A DNA stretch of 64,000 nucleotides from the human T2T-CHM13v2.0 reference genome, Homo sapiens: the NCBI RefSeq assembly GCF_009914755.1, contig NC_060941.1; one strand, 5' to 3'. How positions within the stretch are numbered: position 1 is the stretch's first letter; each line of letters opens with the position of its first letter. Shown here one piece after another: positions 43,761-62,556 of the stretch. The position numbers and the translations under genes were made by a program. The notes beneath the pieces are model-generated. The model worked only from the letters and a program-made list of their open reading frames with translations. It did not search any database and was not told the DNA's origin.

Positions 43761-44110
43761 GGACCTACTTGGGTCTGCACTTTTCCCCGAGGGTAACAGG
43801 CAGCACCAGGACCCTGTTGCTCTCCAGGGCGTGGAGACAGCCAAGACCATCCCGGATTACATTTCTAAGTCAGTCACTCGTTGCAAGACAAGATGATAGA
43901 GATGGGATATCGCCTGAGCCCTCGGTTTCTCAGCCAGGTATTTTTCCGCTTCTCACAGCGCATAAGGTGGGAAGGAAGTCATGGGAGCACAGCTGGATTC
44001 TGGAATGCAGCCCAACCACAGGCTCGAAATCCTCATCTGTGAACAGCTCCACTCACTACCTGGTCAGCCTCTCCGGCCTGCCCTGGGGGCCCTCACTGCC
44101 CTGCCAGTCA

Positions 44111-44459
<349 letters not shown>

Positions 44460-44687
44460 TTATCAGGGGGGTGGTCCTACCCCCGGGGCCCAGTTAACCA
44501 TGAGGACCAAGCAGGCCCAGCGCAGGTGGCCAGCCTGTGCAGCACCTCCCAGAGGAGGCAAGTGTTCCCCTCCCACTGGACACCAGCACAACGTACACAT
44601 GCCACATGGTGACATGCACTGTAAGAGGATTCTTACATCTGTCCCCAGGGACAGATGGCACTGCTGAGTGCTTTCCGGGCACTTTCA

Positions 44688-44950
44688 GCCATTCATTCAT
44701 TTGACAAATACTTATGGAGCATATACCATGCACCAGGCGCTGTTTCTAAGTATCTGGGGGCACATCAATGAAAAAAGCAGAAGGGAAATAAACCCTTGCT
44801 TTCCTGGAGTGACGGCTCCAGCATGAGGTAGGAATGGGTTGCGGGGAGCAGACACTAAACACAATAAAAAAGTGAATTCTAAAGAATGTCAGAAGGTGAT
44901 CGGGGGAATAGAACATGGTAAAGGGAATCAGGAGTTCAGGGTAGACTGGA
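44688..44950 (-). mobile_element. L2 3' end fragment
   Basis: cattcattcatttgacaaatacttatggagc...atgcaccaggcgctgtt. Confidence 0.65.
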
Positions 44951-46171
44951 GTGTGGGTGGCAATTTTAGAGAGTTCAAGATGTTACCCTTGCTAAAGATC
45001 TTTCTAGCTCTTCTGCTCACTGTATTGATTTATTCCTTCATTAAGTAGTTACTGAGTGCTCACCGTGGGCCTGGCCCAGGCCCTCAGTGCTCTCATGAAG
45101 CTGACATTTTATTTAAGGAGACAGAGGTTAAGACAACTAATTATAGAAAGGTTAGAAAAGAGCATGTCTCAGGGGATTCCTACGACCATGCCAATCATGA
45201 CGAAACATGCTAAACAAGCTGGGGGATGCTCCCAAGAGTGTCCTTGATTCTTGTTTAAGGTCCAAGGCCCACTTCTCTCCTCCTTCCTCTCCCAACACAC
45301 CACACCCTGAGTTAGTTAGAACTGCTGTCTTCTCATCTACAGGAAATCACAACTCAGTGGTTTCTCTAGAAGCTGCCCACTGTCCTTAGAACTTGCCTGG
45401 TGCCACCCCAAAGCACCTGCTGGTGTTAGGCCTCCTCAGCTAACTTGACATTCCATGCTTCAGACCCAGCATATCTTCTTTAGAAGCACCAAGTTCAACG
45501 AGTGGGTCCTTCAGGCTGTCTTCTCCTGGCAGTGCTGATCCAAGCACCTGCTGGGCGAGTTTGGTTCCTTTTGCCTGACTATTCTCACGCCCAGAGCCAG
45601 GCAGCCTGGGGACAGAGGAAGAGCAGAAGAGGATGTCACACCCAGGCACACCAGGAGGCCAAACCTGTTTGGCAGCTCAAGCCTCTGACCACAAGCTGGC
45701 ACTCGCTTTCGGAAGTGCTAACCACAGGCAGGACTGCTAGTGAGCAGAGCACCAAGGGTTTTCCTGCTGGGAAGAAATGCAAGGCTGGCCTTCATGCCTG
45801 TCCCCCTGCCCCTGCCCCGTGACAATCCCCCCCCAGCTCTGGACCCGCCCATCTCTTCCCACTCCATATCCAGCTGGAAGTGCTGGTCCAGGCCCCAGTA
45901 GAAGACACAGCTACCAACAGAAGGTACGGCCACCAGGAGCCAGGCCAGCCACCGGCCACCTCCCTCCATTCTTGCAGAAATGCTTCCGCTCTCATCTTCC
46001 TCAAAAGTTGGGAGGATTTGAGAGCAGCCAGAGTGTTAGCTGTGGAGGATGGGGGGCCACTGCCTTTCCTCCTGGTTCCTCTGCTGAGTCTCCCACAAAT
46101 GGTTCCACGAGACCAGGACGGACTCAATCCTAAGAGTACGAGTAGAAGGTCTGTTCTCAAAAGCACAGTGA

Positions 46172-46445
<274 letters not shown>

Positions 46446-46597
46446 GCACAGCGAAGATTCTCAGGAGGGCTGCTCAGGAGCCTGCACCCTCCAACAGCTT
46501 CCCACGTGGGCAGCCGGGGGAGAGGAAAGGGCAGGCTGCTAGGGGGAGGGAGGGTGGAGAACGGCAGCTACGGCAGCTGCCCCCACCCCTCCTCTCA

Positions 46598-47340
<743 letters not shown>

Positions 47341-48524
47341 TAAATGCTCCTGAATCGACAGATCTGTTTTTAAAAATTCTCTCCACCCACGAAACGATTT
47401 GTTCACCTGTGGGTTGAGGAGATAAGTAAAAGCATGGGGTATTGAAGATGCAACCTCAGACCACCAAGCATGCTTCCCTGTACCCCGTCAACCTCTCCCT
47501 TGGGCTTCCCCAGCCCCAAGCCTCCCAAAAAAGTCTCACAAGCTCAGAAGATGCCTGGGTGCCACCAGTACCCCAGCATGGAATGCACCCCCTCCCACAG
47601 TCATCTCAGAAACCACTGAGACCAGTTCTCATGGGGGACTTTGGAAGGTAGTGGGCCCAGGCTACCTGGAACCTCCAAAAACACGTGCCTCGCCTCCAAC
47701 AAAGGCACTGAGGCACAATCCGAAGGCCAGCCATACAACTTCCACACTCAAACGGCACACACCAAGGCCCAAAATAGCATCAGCACCATCACCAACGAGA
47801 TGTAAACAGAGGGAGGACACGACTCACTCCTCCTCGTACAGTGTGACCTGCATCTCCCGGGAGCACACTTTTATCTGTGCACACCGGTGGTACCCACCCA
47901 GGAGATGATGCTTCTGAAACTCCTAAGGCCCCAAAACCAGCCAGCCCCTGTGTTTTCATTCATCCTTCCCTCCCACTGAGGGGTTGCAAACAGAGCTCTG
48001 TCTTTAGCCAGCATCTTCTAGAAACCCTCATCCTTCCTCTCCCTCCCGGACACGTGCACACTGAGATCGAGACCCAGACAGCCTCCGTTCTAGGCACTTT
48101 CCCAGTCAGTTTATGTGATGGCCCTATTCAAATACTCAAAAACACACCCATTTTCTCAGAACAAAGCGAGAAAGGCCCCCTGGGACCCAACTCAACAACA
48201 ACTCCCTAGCAGAAGGAGCCTCGCCCTCCCTGGCGCCCTCCCTCACCCTCCCTGGCTGACTGCTGGTTTGATTAACAGCCATGAAGAGGGGGGTTGAAAG
48301 CCTACCCCCACTTGTGGTGAAAAGCCCCAGCTTTCAATCACAACTCCTCCATATGGCAAGTTATTTACCTCCACGGAGCCTTGGTTTTTTACCCATAAAC
48401 CCAAAACACTACCTCAGACAGTTGTACAATTAACTGAAATATCTAGAACAGTGCAAGCTGAAGATCTTTTTTTTAAGGCTGGCTGGGAGACCCCATGTTT
48501 AAACATAAAATAAATAAAATGAAG

Positions 48525-48836
48525 TTTTTATATATTTTTATTTATTGATTTTGAGACAGAGTCTCACTTTGTCACCCAGGTTGGAGTGCAGTGGCGTGAT
48601 CATGGCTCATTGTAGCCTCAACCTCCTGGGCTCTGAGCAATCCTCCCACCTCAGCCTCCTAAGTAGCTGGGACTACAGGTGCACACCACCACGCCTGGCT
48701 GATTTTTTTAGATTTTGAGGTGACGGGGTCTCACCATGTTGCTCAGGCTGGTCTCAAACTCCTGGGCTCAAGCAATCGGCCTGCCTTGGCCTACCCAAAG
48801 TGCTGGGATTCCAGGCATGAGCCACTGCATCCGGCC
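48525..48836 (-). mobile_element. Alu (AluJ-type)
   Basis: Reverse dimer. Confidence 0.93.
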
Positions 48837-48927
48837 TTCAGGTGGGGCATGTGCTCTCCAGGTTGTGGTGGGCCTCAAGACTCACTGGAGTCACCTGTCA
48901 GACTCTGGAAAGCATTGTTTGTCATCC

Positions 48928-49105
48928 TACTTAGAGCTGTGGTCCAGAGCATGTTAAAACACAGACAGCTGGGCTCCACTGCCGGGTTCTGAGCCAGCAG
49001 GTCTGGGGCAGGACCTGGGAATATGCAGCTCCATCCAACAAGTTCCCAAGAGATGCTGGTTCTGTTGCTGCTGGTCCAGGGACCACACTTTAAGAAGCCC
49101 TACCC
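48928..49105. mobile_element. MER5A-like DNA transposon
   Basis: gcaggtctggggcaggacctgggaatatgca...aacaagttccca...gctggtccagggaccacactttaagaa. Confidence 0.7.
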
Positions 49106-50335
49106 TAGAATCTGAAGGCTGGAAAGTACATTAAAGGTCACCCAGAATGGTTCCAAGAGGAGCCAGAATGTACCCATGCCTCTTGCCTGGTCCAGTCCTG
49201 CTGTTGATCTGACTCTCAGCTCTTCCATCTTGAGCCTCAGATACAGGCAGGGCTAAGGGTGAAAGCCCCAAAACTCTGATCATCACTCAAACAATCTGTG
49301 GCCCCTACTGGTCCTGTTTATCATCTCTCAGCACTTTTGGGGTCCCCAGGCTGTTGCCTCCAACCTCCAGCCACCAGCCCTCACCTAGAGCTTGCTCCCC
49401 CAACAAACGTGGGCTCCATTCTGCCCATCCAGGAATAGACACCAGTGGCTGGAGGAATCAAGGCAGGGAGGTTGGAGTCCAAGGCCCACAGGTAAGAGGA
49501 GGGGCGCAGCAGAGCCCTGGAACAGCTGATTTGAGACAAGCCCCTCCATCTTGAGCAGAGCCTGGAGACAGTGGTTTTCCTGGAGGGGGGCCCCGGACAG
49601 ACACACACTGTACCCAGTGTCCGGGCCACACAATGCACAAGAGGCCAGTGGGGCAGGCAGCCAGGGCCCACTCATGCCAGTACCATCTGGGAGCCCTTGC
49701 CAGGCCTCGCAGGGCTGGCTGAAGAAGCTGGACTCTGTCCTGGGGCACAGTCGTGCTCTATTCTTATCTCAAGGGGGAATGTGTGACTCTCCTTCCCGTG
49801 AATGGGGGCCCCTGAGGAGGCGGAGTGGGAAACAGAGCCGCCACTGTGCCTGGGCGGGCTCCCCGCGCGGCTCCCAGCTCCAACCAGCCCCTCGTGGCGG
49901 GGCCTTGCACTCAACAAGAAAAGGCCAAGCTGAAGGTGGACATGGAAATGACCGTCCAGAGCCCAGTGCAAACTGCCCCTCCCTCACTCTGCAAGACTTG
50001 AGCCCGTGAGGCCTGACCAGAAACACACACTCACTCCCTGGAGAGACCCAATGGGACGGGCTCCTAAAGGAAAGCGCAGCCTCCACAACACAGTTCCTTA
50101 CTAAATCTCGAAGGAAGGAACCCAGACATCCTAGGCACCCCACACATGCGCACAAATCCCCACTGGCAGATCGGGGCTCTGGCCTGCCTAGCTCCCACAG
50201 CACACCATTTGCAGGTGGCTACAGATCTCATGATTTGCTGGCTCTCTTTCGGCCTGCAAATGCCAGGCTTAGCCAGCGAATGGGGCACTGGATATTCTCA
50301 AGGACTTGGTACAACCTTTCTAAAGAGCAGTGTGG

Positions 50336-50647
50336 GGCCAGGCACAGTGGCTCACGCCTGTAATCCCAGCAGTTTGGGGGGGAGCTGAGGCATGTGGATC
50401 ACCTAAGGTCGGAGTTGGAGACCAGCCTGGCCAACATGGTGAAACCCTGTCTCTACTAAAAATACAAAAATTAGCTGAGCATGGTGGTGCGCACCTGTAA
50501 TCCCAGCTACTCAGGAGGCTGAGGCAAGAGAATCGCTTGAACCCGGGAGGTGGAGGTTGCAGTGAGCCGAGTTCGCGCTACTGCACTTCAGCCTGGGTGA
50601 CAGAGTGAGAATCCTCAAAAAAATTCAATAAATAAATAAAAATAAAG
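50336..50647 (+). mobile_element. Alu (AluS-type)
   Basis: TSD taaagagcagt(g/a)tg. Confidence 0.95.
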
Positions 50648-50938
50648 AGCAGTATGACACCATGGGTCAAAATGTGCACTTGAGTGGTCCACATTTCCTG
50701 GAAATTACTCTCCGTGCAAAAAGATATCATCACAAGGAATGGTTATCTTCAGTAATTTTTAATAGCAGTAAAAAAAAAAAAAAGGGGGGGTGTGGAAGAA
50801 CCTCAGTGTCCATCATAAGGGGATTGCAAATTAATAGTTTATCCAAATTGTGACTAACAAACACTAAAACAAACCTGTAAATATATTTAATGATAGAAAT
50901 ATATTCTGAGAATATTAAATTTAAAAAAAATAGGTCAA

Positions 50939-51278
<340 letters not shown>

Positions 51279-51994
51279 TCATAAAAGGATAAAATGGGGA
51301 TTGTTCTTTCTTTCCCAGTTGGATGAAAGAGGGGAGTAAAGGGTGATGGGGAGATGAGGAGGGAGGAGGGCAGGGTGGTGTAGAGAATGAGGCCCGGGTG
51401 TGAGGGGGTCAGCTGTGGGTGGGAGCCACTGGCCACTGGGGGAATTAGACTAAGTCTTGTTTAGCCTTCCTCTGGAAGGGCCTTAAAGGATGATGAAAAC
51501 ATCCGGAAAATATTTAGCTAGTAAATCTTTCAGAAGCCCCTCCACCCTGTGTTATTTATATAAACACTTCCCTTCCACTCCTCTCTACCCTCACATACAC
51601 CCGCCCCGATTCCTATCACAGACTTGGAATCAGCAGAGCCAGAGAGAGCTGGACAAGGCTGGCTCCATGTGCGTTCTGACCACCACGGGTGCAACCCATC
51701 TGTGCAGTATGAAGCCTGCGCTGATGTGTTCCCTGGCCCCCATCGCAGAGCAGCCCTCTGACCTGCCAGGGACCCACAGCAGGGGTCGGGGGTGGTGGCC
51801 ACACTATTTGGGTTCCCTGGCCACCAAATCTCCAGCAGTGATTGTCCCAGGGACTCAAGGAAGGGGAAGGGTTAAATGGGGGAGTCGCTTCTCAGACAGG
51901 AGAAAGTATTTGCTCTAATCCTGTCCGTTCTCCTGGAACTTCCTGGAGTTCTCAGGGAAGAAACCCTTAATGAATGGTGTGAGGGAAAGAGAAA

Positions 51995-52356
51995 TCACAT
52001 GCACATGAATGTGTGCATGCCACACACACACGCTCACACACACTCATACACTCACACACACTCTTGCACACACACGCACACACACCCACACACTCACGCA
52101 CATGCACACACAAACGTGCAAACACGCACACACAAACACGCAGATGCACACACACGCGCGCGCACACGCACTCATGCACACACGCACACTCACACCCACT
52201 CACATACACACAAACACGTATCACACACGCACACACAAGCACACACACAAAGAGCGCACACACACGCAGACATGCACACACTCTCGAAAACACACACATT
52301 CACACACACACGCTCACACACATGCAGACACACTCACACACTCGCGCACACACATA
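51995..52356. repeat. Degenerate (CA)n/(CG)n alternating purine-pyrimidine tract, about 360 bp
   Basis: Directly visible; source of the His/Thr-rich and Cys/Val-rich ORFs. Confidence 0.95.
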
Positions 52357-54317
52357 TTCTCTCTCTCAAGATCTTCCTCCTGCTCCTGAGAAGTGCCCAG
52401 AATTCGGGGAAGCCACTCACTTGTTAAACAACAGCCTTCTTTTGAGGGTTAGGAGCCAGTCCCAGCGTGGGGCACGGGGAAGAGACTATGCTCCGGAACC
52501 AAGCCGGCTCTGACTCTAGTCCCAGTGAGAGCACAGCAGACAGTGAACCAGTTCTGGCTTCAAACCCCAGCTCTGCCGCTTAAGCTGTGTGACCTTTTTT
52601 AACCTCTTTGGGTCTCTGTTTCTTCCCCTAGAGAGTCCTGGTATCCTTGAAGGGAGATTGCATCAGAGGCTGGGAGTCTAGAAACCTGGGTGTGAGTGCA
52701 GGCTGTTTACTGGCCTGAAGGTTGGAGCCAGCCTGCTGGTAGGTGCTGGCCAGCACCTTACATTGTTTGTTGTTGTTGTTAGTTTAAATCAATTGGCAAC
52801 ATTACACAATTGGGAGAGTGTGGATTTCCAGCTGGCCATGTGTTCCCAATGACTGGCTGATGCTCCCTGCATTTTGAGCCCTAAATCAAGTTAGTTTAAC
52901 CTTCCACGGCTCTGGACAGTGAGTTAACAGGAAGCCCTGGGAAGAAGAAAGCAGTGCTTCCACGAGCCCCTCCTCAGATGCAGCCTCAGCTTGCGTCAGG
53001 GGAACGCCTGGTTTCCAGGGGCCCCATGTTGCCCTCTCACTTTTGCACAGCCTGCTGTGTAAAGATGAACCAAACATGGCCCAGGAAGTGAGTGTGCCAG
53101 CTGGGGATGAGCAGGTCAGGAGGCGGGGAGTATTGCACACCGAGTCCACGGCCTGGAGGAGACCTGGGCTCAAGTTCCTGTGGGGAACGCTCCATTTTTC
53201 TTTGCCCCAGCACCTCATCAAACAGTCCCACCCAGCAGCCCTGAAAGTATTTTAGCTGTGCACTCACAGAGGGACAGACTCAGGGCCGCAGGACACAATC
53301 CTCATTCAAGAATTTTAATTTTAAAGATACTAATCTGAACCAGGAAAACACCAGATCTTGCGCAGAAAATCCCCCGATTCCAGGGCTCTGATGGAAAGCA
53401 GGGGCAGAAGGCCCCCTCCAAGGTGTGAACCGACCCCAGTCTCTGTCCCCCTAAACCCCCAAGACTGGGCAAGCTCCAACCAGGTGAAGTGGACTAGGAG
53501 AGGAATCTCTGAGTAAATCGAGTAAATCCTGGAATCCCAAGCATCTCCTTGGAAATGCTGATTAAACACCAGAACCCGCGCAAAGATCTGAGCAAATTCC
53601 AGGACCACCACTCGGGCCACATAAGCTCTCAACGGAGCACACACACACACTGAGTCAGACCCCTAAACATCTGGGGCTTAGCTAATCCTCTGCTCTCAGG
53701 CGTTCAGCTTGGATGGACTCCGAGGGGAGGCAGCACCGGCGAGGGATTCAGTCCAGTTTCCAGGGAGCCCAGCCAGGCCTGGGAGCCAGGGCTCGGCCCT
53801 ACCCCGGCTGGGGCCCCCGAGTCACACACGGAGGCCATGCGTACATCCTCCCCAGCCCTCACCAGCAGTTCCGGGGCGGCTCCAGTGCCCAACCCACACA
53901 TGGGAGGTGGAGGCCACAGTGCTCCAGGATTCCACTCTGCGGTGCAGACTTCGAGAGGAAACAATCTCCTAATCCCCTTCCTAAATCAAGGCCAAGAAAC
54001 AACTTGTGGAGAGTCCACAGACGACTGTTCCCTCTGTCTGGTTGTCCCTGTGCTGACCTCTGGCTGCTCCCAGGAGCCATTAGAGGGAGTGGACGGGAGG
54101 GGTGGATGGGAGACCCACAAACCCACAGCCCGGGATTCCATACTTGATACAATCAGTTCTGAGTATCAATCCACAGATCATTGAATTCCAAAGCTAGCTG
54201 AGGCCAAATGCCTCCCCATCTCACCCCCTTAACTAGGCCAGAACATAAAACCCAGCATTTCATTACTTACATTTATGCAACAACATCCCTTGCCTGTTTT
54301 CATTTTCAGTGAAATAA

Positions 54318-54630
<313 letters not shown>

Positions 54631-54959
54631 TGCTTTTTCTTTTTTCAAATTCCAAACCAAATGATCTTTTAACCTAAATAATCCTGATTGATTTGGTATC
54701 TCCCTGTGGGTCAGCAGACATATATGAGAAGACATTTTTTCACCCTTTGACTTAAATAAATAACATAGGTAAGAGGAGCCTTGATAGCAAAAACGCCAAG
54801 ACCACTCAATGGGGGAAAGGGCCATCTTTTCAACAAACTGCTGCGATGAGAGATACAAACATACAAAAGAATGAAGCTGGACTCCTTGCTCACACGGCAT
54901 ACAATTAACTCAAAATGGATCAAAAGACTAAATGTAAGAGCTAAAACTAGAACACTCTT

Positions 54960-55258
54960 GGCCAGGCACCGTGGCTTATGCCTGTAATCCCAGCAACGAT
55001 GGGAGGCTGAGGTAGGTGCATCACTTGAGCTCAGGAGTTTGAGACCAGCCTGGGCAACGCAGGAAGACACTATCTCTATGAAAGGTTTAAAAATTAGCTG
55101 GGCAGGGTGGCACATGCCTGTAGTCCCAGCTACTTGGGAGGCTGAGGTGGGAGGATTGTTTGAGACCGGAAGGTCAAGGCTGCAGTGAGCTATGATCACA
55201 CCACTGCATTACAGCCTGAGTGACAGTGAGACCCCATCTCAAAAACAAAACAAAAAAA
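54960..55258 (+). mobile_element. Alu (AluJ-type)
   Basis: TSD aa(c/a)actctt. Confidence 0.93.
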
Positions 55259-55569
55259 CTCTTCAAAAAAATAGGTGTAAATCTTCATGACCTTCTTAGA
55301 CTAGGTGATGCCTTCATAGATATGACACCAAAAGCACAAGGAATCAAAGGAAAAAATCGGTAAACTGGTCTTTATTGAAATTACTAACTTTTGTGTTCCA
55401 AAGGACATCATTAAGAAAGTGAAAAGACAAACCACAGAATGGGAGAAAAATTTTGCAAACCACGTATCTGATAAGGGACTTTTATCTAGAATATATAAAG
55501 AACACTTACAGCCCAATAATTAAAAGACATTGATAATGTAACTCAATTACAAAATGGGCAAAAGCTCTA

Positions 55570-55971
<402 letters not shown>

Positions 55972-57038
55972 TCAGGGAAATGCAAATTAAAACCACAGTG
56001 AGATACCACTTCACACCCACTAGAACAGCTATGATTTAAAAAAAAAAAAAAAAAAACGTAGATAATTACAAATGTTGGCAAGGATATGGAGGCATTGGAA
56101 CCCTCATACGATCCTGGTGGTACAGCAGCCTTGGAAAACAGCCTGGCCATTCCTCAAAAGGTTAAACATACTTACCACGTGACCCAGCAATTCCACCCCT
56201 GGATATACATCCAAGAAAATTAAAAACACATGTCCACCCAAAAACATGTACACAAACGTTCATACCAGGATTCCTCCTAAAGAGCCAAAAAGTAGAAACC
56301 AACCAAATGATGCCCACCAACTGATGAGCAAATAAACAAAACGTGATCTATCCAAACCAATGAACCATTATTCAGAAATAAAAAGAAATGAAGTCCTAAT
56401 ACATGCTACAAGGAGAAAGAGCCTCAAAAACATTCTGCTAAGTGAAACAAGCCAGACACAAAAGGCTGCATATTATATTGTTCTATTTATAAGCAATCCC
56501 CAGAATAGGCAAATCTATACAGATGGAAATAGATAAGTGGCCGCCTAAGGAAGGCGTGGTTGGGGGGAACGGGAAGTGACTGCTAATGGGAATGGCATTG
56601 CTTTTTGAGGTGCTGGAAATGTTCTAAAATTGATGATGGTAATGATTGCACAACTCCATGAATGTACTAAAAACCGATTTATACACTTTACAGGGGTGAA
56701 TTGAATGGTATGCAAATTATATCTCCATAAAGCCGTTATCAAAACATAAAAGGTATCTTGCTGAGTTTGCTATTACTTCCACACCCAAGCCAAGGCCACG
56801 ACTACTTTCTGAAACTCCTCCCTGACCCCTCCAGGTTACCCAGAACTTTTCTTCCTCCCCAGCGTGCCTCTTGCCACAGCTATATCTAGACCTCGAAGAG
56901 CAGCGCTTACTTGGTCTCTGTTTACCTATGATTACTGAGTTTTACTTTCCCACCTAAACTTTAAGTTTCTGAACACAGCGGGGCCTGATAATTACAGCCA
57001 ACATTGCTTGGGTTAGCAATCAGAACTTCAAAGTCTCA

Positions 57039-57902
<864 letters not shown>

Positions 57903-58175
57903 CAATTCTTTCACTTACCCCTTTTGTTTCCTAAACATCTGGTGCCCATAACTAAATACTTCTTATTCAGATTTACCTGATCTTTGCTCAGGTGATGATA
58001 GCTGGCACCTTCTCCCCTGAAGAATGCCTCTTCCTTTTAAACCTGGTCTAACTTCCTGATCTTCAACCTCACCCCACCACCCTACGTGCACACCCATCAT
58101 CTCAGTCTTTGTCTACTCGGGCCTGACTCCGTCTCCATGTGGTATCACATTTAAAGAAACATCACTCAAGCATCA

Positions 58176-58478
<303 letters not shown>

Positions 58479-58813
58479 ATCATTTTTAAAGCAATTTAAT
58501 CTTTAAAGTCTCTTTTAAAAAGGCTGGGGGAGGGGCTTCATTCATAACATGTAGCAACATTTAAAATTTCATCCCCTTCTTTCAAACTGACTCACAGGCT
58601 TAGCAGCTGCACCTCCGACCTCCACCCCAACATCCCTTTCCTTCTTTTCACCGAAAGACTTTAAATTCCTCCCAAGCCCCTCTGACTTGGTCTTTCTCCC
58701 CTGCAGGCATCCTTCTCTGAAAGACACACAGACCAACAGACAGACCAACTCTCTCACATATACCCCTCCCTTCAAAATCAGTCCTGTCTACTTTTTTCAA
58801 ATTTTATAATTAG

Positions 58814-58816
<3 letters not shown>

Positions 58817-58856
<40 letters not shown>

Positions 58857-59142
58857 TTTTTGAGACGGAGTCTCGCTCTGTCGCCCAGGTTGAGATCGTG
58901 CAGTGGCACTCAGCTCACTGCAACCTCCACCTCCTGGGTTCAAGTGATTCTCCTATCTCAGTCTCCCAAGTAGCCAGGATTATAGGCAGGTGCCACTACA
59001 CCCAGCTAAACTTTGTATTTTTGGTAGAGACAGGGTTTCACCATGTTGGCCAGGCTGGTCTTGAACTCCTGGCCTCAAGTGATCTGCCTGCCTCGGCCTC
59101 CCAAAGTGCTGGGATTACAGGTGTGAGCCACTGCGCCTCGCC
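58817..59142 (-). mobile_element. Alu (AluS-type) with (TA)n/T tail (58817-58861)
   Basis: Reverse dimer. Confidence 0.94.
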
Positions 59143-59639
59143 AGATTTTATTTTAATTAACAAATTAAAATTGTATATATTTATGGTGTACAACATATAT
59201 TTATGGTGTACATACACTGTGGAGTGGCTCAACTGAGCTCATTAATCTATGCATTACTCCACATACTTATTTGTGGTGAGAACAATTAAAATCCACTCTT
59301 TTAGCAATTTTTAAAATATAATACGCTATTATTAACTATAGTCACCATTTCCTGAACTTAATCCTCCTAACTAAATTTTGTGTTCTTTGACCAGCATATT
59401 CCCCACCCGCAACCCATAGCCCCACCCCACCCAGCCCCTGGTGATCACCATTCTACTCTTTGCTTCTATGAGTTCAACTTTTTTAGAGTCCACATATAAA
59501 TGAGATCACATGGTATTTATCTTTCTGTGGCCTGGCTTATTTCACTTTGCATAATGTCCTCTGGGTTGATCCATGTTGTCACAAATGATAGGATTTTCTC
59601 TTTTTTTAAGGTGGAATAGTTTGCCATTGTGTATATATA

Positions 59640-60036
<397 letters not shown>

Positions 60037-60322
60037 ACATTTTCTTTATCCACTCATTCATTGGTGGATTCCCTCTCTGGGCTATTGTGAACAGGACTCA
60101 ATGAACACAGGAGGGCAGACGCCTCTTCCATATAGATTTTATTTCCTTCGGATATATACCCAGTAGTGGGATCCCTGGATAGTATGGTAATTCTATTTTT
60201 AATTTTTTGTGGAACCTCCATCCTGTTTTCCGTAATAGCTGAACTGATTTATATTCCCCACCAACACTGTGCAAAGATCCCTTTTGCTCTACAAGGACTG
60301 GCCCTTTCTCTTATCCTGAAAT

Positions 60323-61118
<796 letters not shown>

Positions 61119-62556
61119 AAACCAGCTTTTCAGACCTCTGCAATGTTGTCCCTCTGTCCATTGCTCAGACTGGCTCTTCACCAGAAAGTCCAGGGACTGA
61201 GCCCGCCCGAGAGATTTCTCTTCGATTAAGGGGGTGAGCAGCTATAAATGCCCCCATCACGCTCTGCTGGTTTATATCTGTTTAAGTTCCTGATCTCGTC
61301 TTTTAATGTTGTTTTTAATGTGTGGTTTCCCATCTCCACGTGGTGGGAATAAGCCAGCAGAGAGGGCACAATGCCTTCTTTTTCTTTCCTATCCACCCAC
61401 AGCTCTGGTACCACCTCTGAGCTCCATGTCCAATAAGCTTATGAGACCCACTGCAGACATCCACAGACCTCCGAACTGGGGGGAGGGGGGTACCCACCAG
61501 CAAAGGAGGATGTTTTCAATGCTCAGGCCTGGATGCCTATGCTCTGAGAAGGAAATAAATTGTCAGCAGAAGATCAACAGAGAACTCAACTTAGCAGAAA
61601 ACAGTAGGGGAAGACTTGAGGCTGTAATATTAGGGAGAGATGAAGACGAGACTTTTTGGAGTTCAGATGTGGGGAGACAGTTTAAAGAACAAGAGCATGA
61701 CTTAGCGAGTTGGCCCCACTGAGCAGGGGGGTGGTTCAGCTCGGAACAACACCAAGGACCGTCTGAAGGGACCAGACACTCCGAATAAAAACAAATGCCT
61801 CCCAAATGTTGTCTCCGTCTTCTATTAATTAATCACAATGTCCCCATGGCGAAGTGTCCTATGACTAATGCAAACTGTAACTGTGTGGCATGAGGCCAAC
61901 TTGCTCATCTTCCTTTCTGAACAAGCCTCCCCAGATCCACGGGGGAGGCTGGGTGAGTGGGGAGCCACTTCCTCTGGGTATCAGATCAAACCATGAAATC
62001 TGTTTCTGGGTTGGGCCTCAGAAAAGAATTTCTCCTGGGGACATCCAAACCCTTTAGTTATTTTTGACACTTAGTCCAGCCAGAGGTTTGGAGAGTTGCT
62101 GGGGCTAAGCTCGGGGTTTCTCCCAACTCCGCATCAACGGTGCTGTGGAAAAGGCAAGCCAGATTTTCCAGACTGGGGAAGGCAGCGCGGCTGATGCATT
62201 TTCTTCTCACAGGAAAAGCCAACTAGCTGTCCCAAAGATGAGATCTTCAATGCACTGCAAATCCAGACAGCACCTCCTGCAAAAAGGGACTCAAATCCTC
62301 CACATGACACCATCTCCACTGTTATCATCCCAGACTGAGTGACCCCTCGCATCTGTCCGTCTGCCTCAATTTAAAACCAGCTTCAACCTATTCTGCATGG
62401 GGCAGCCAGCGTGATCCTGCAAGACACGAAGACTGATTGTGTCGCCTACAGCTCACCAGCCTCCAAAGGTTTCCCTTCACGCTTAGAAAAAAACAGTGGG
62501 AGGGGCACAAATTCCTCCATTATCTGACCCTCTTTGACCTCTTAGACCTCAAATCT

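Noticed and set aside
51876-52513. His/Thr-rich ORFs of 126-183 aa
   Set aside because: They are translations of the CA-repeat tract.
61242-61250. TATA-like ctataaat just downstream of the MER66-like LTR
   Set aside because: Isolated short motif with no supporting exon or promoter structure.
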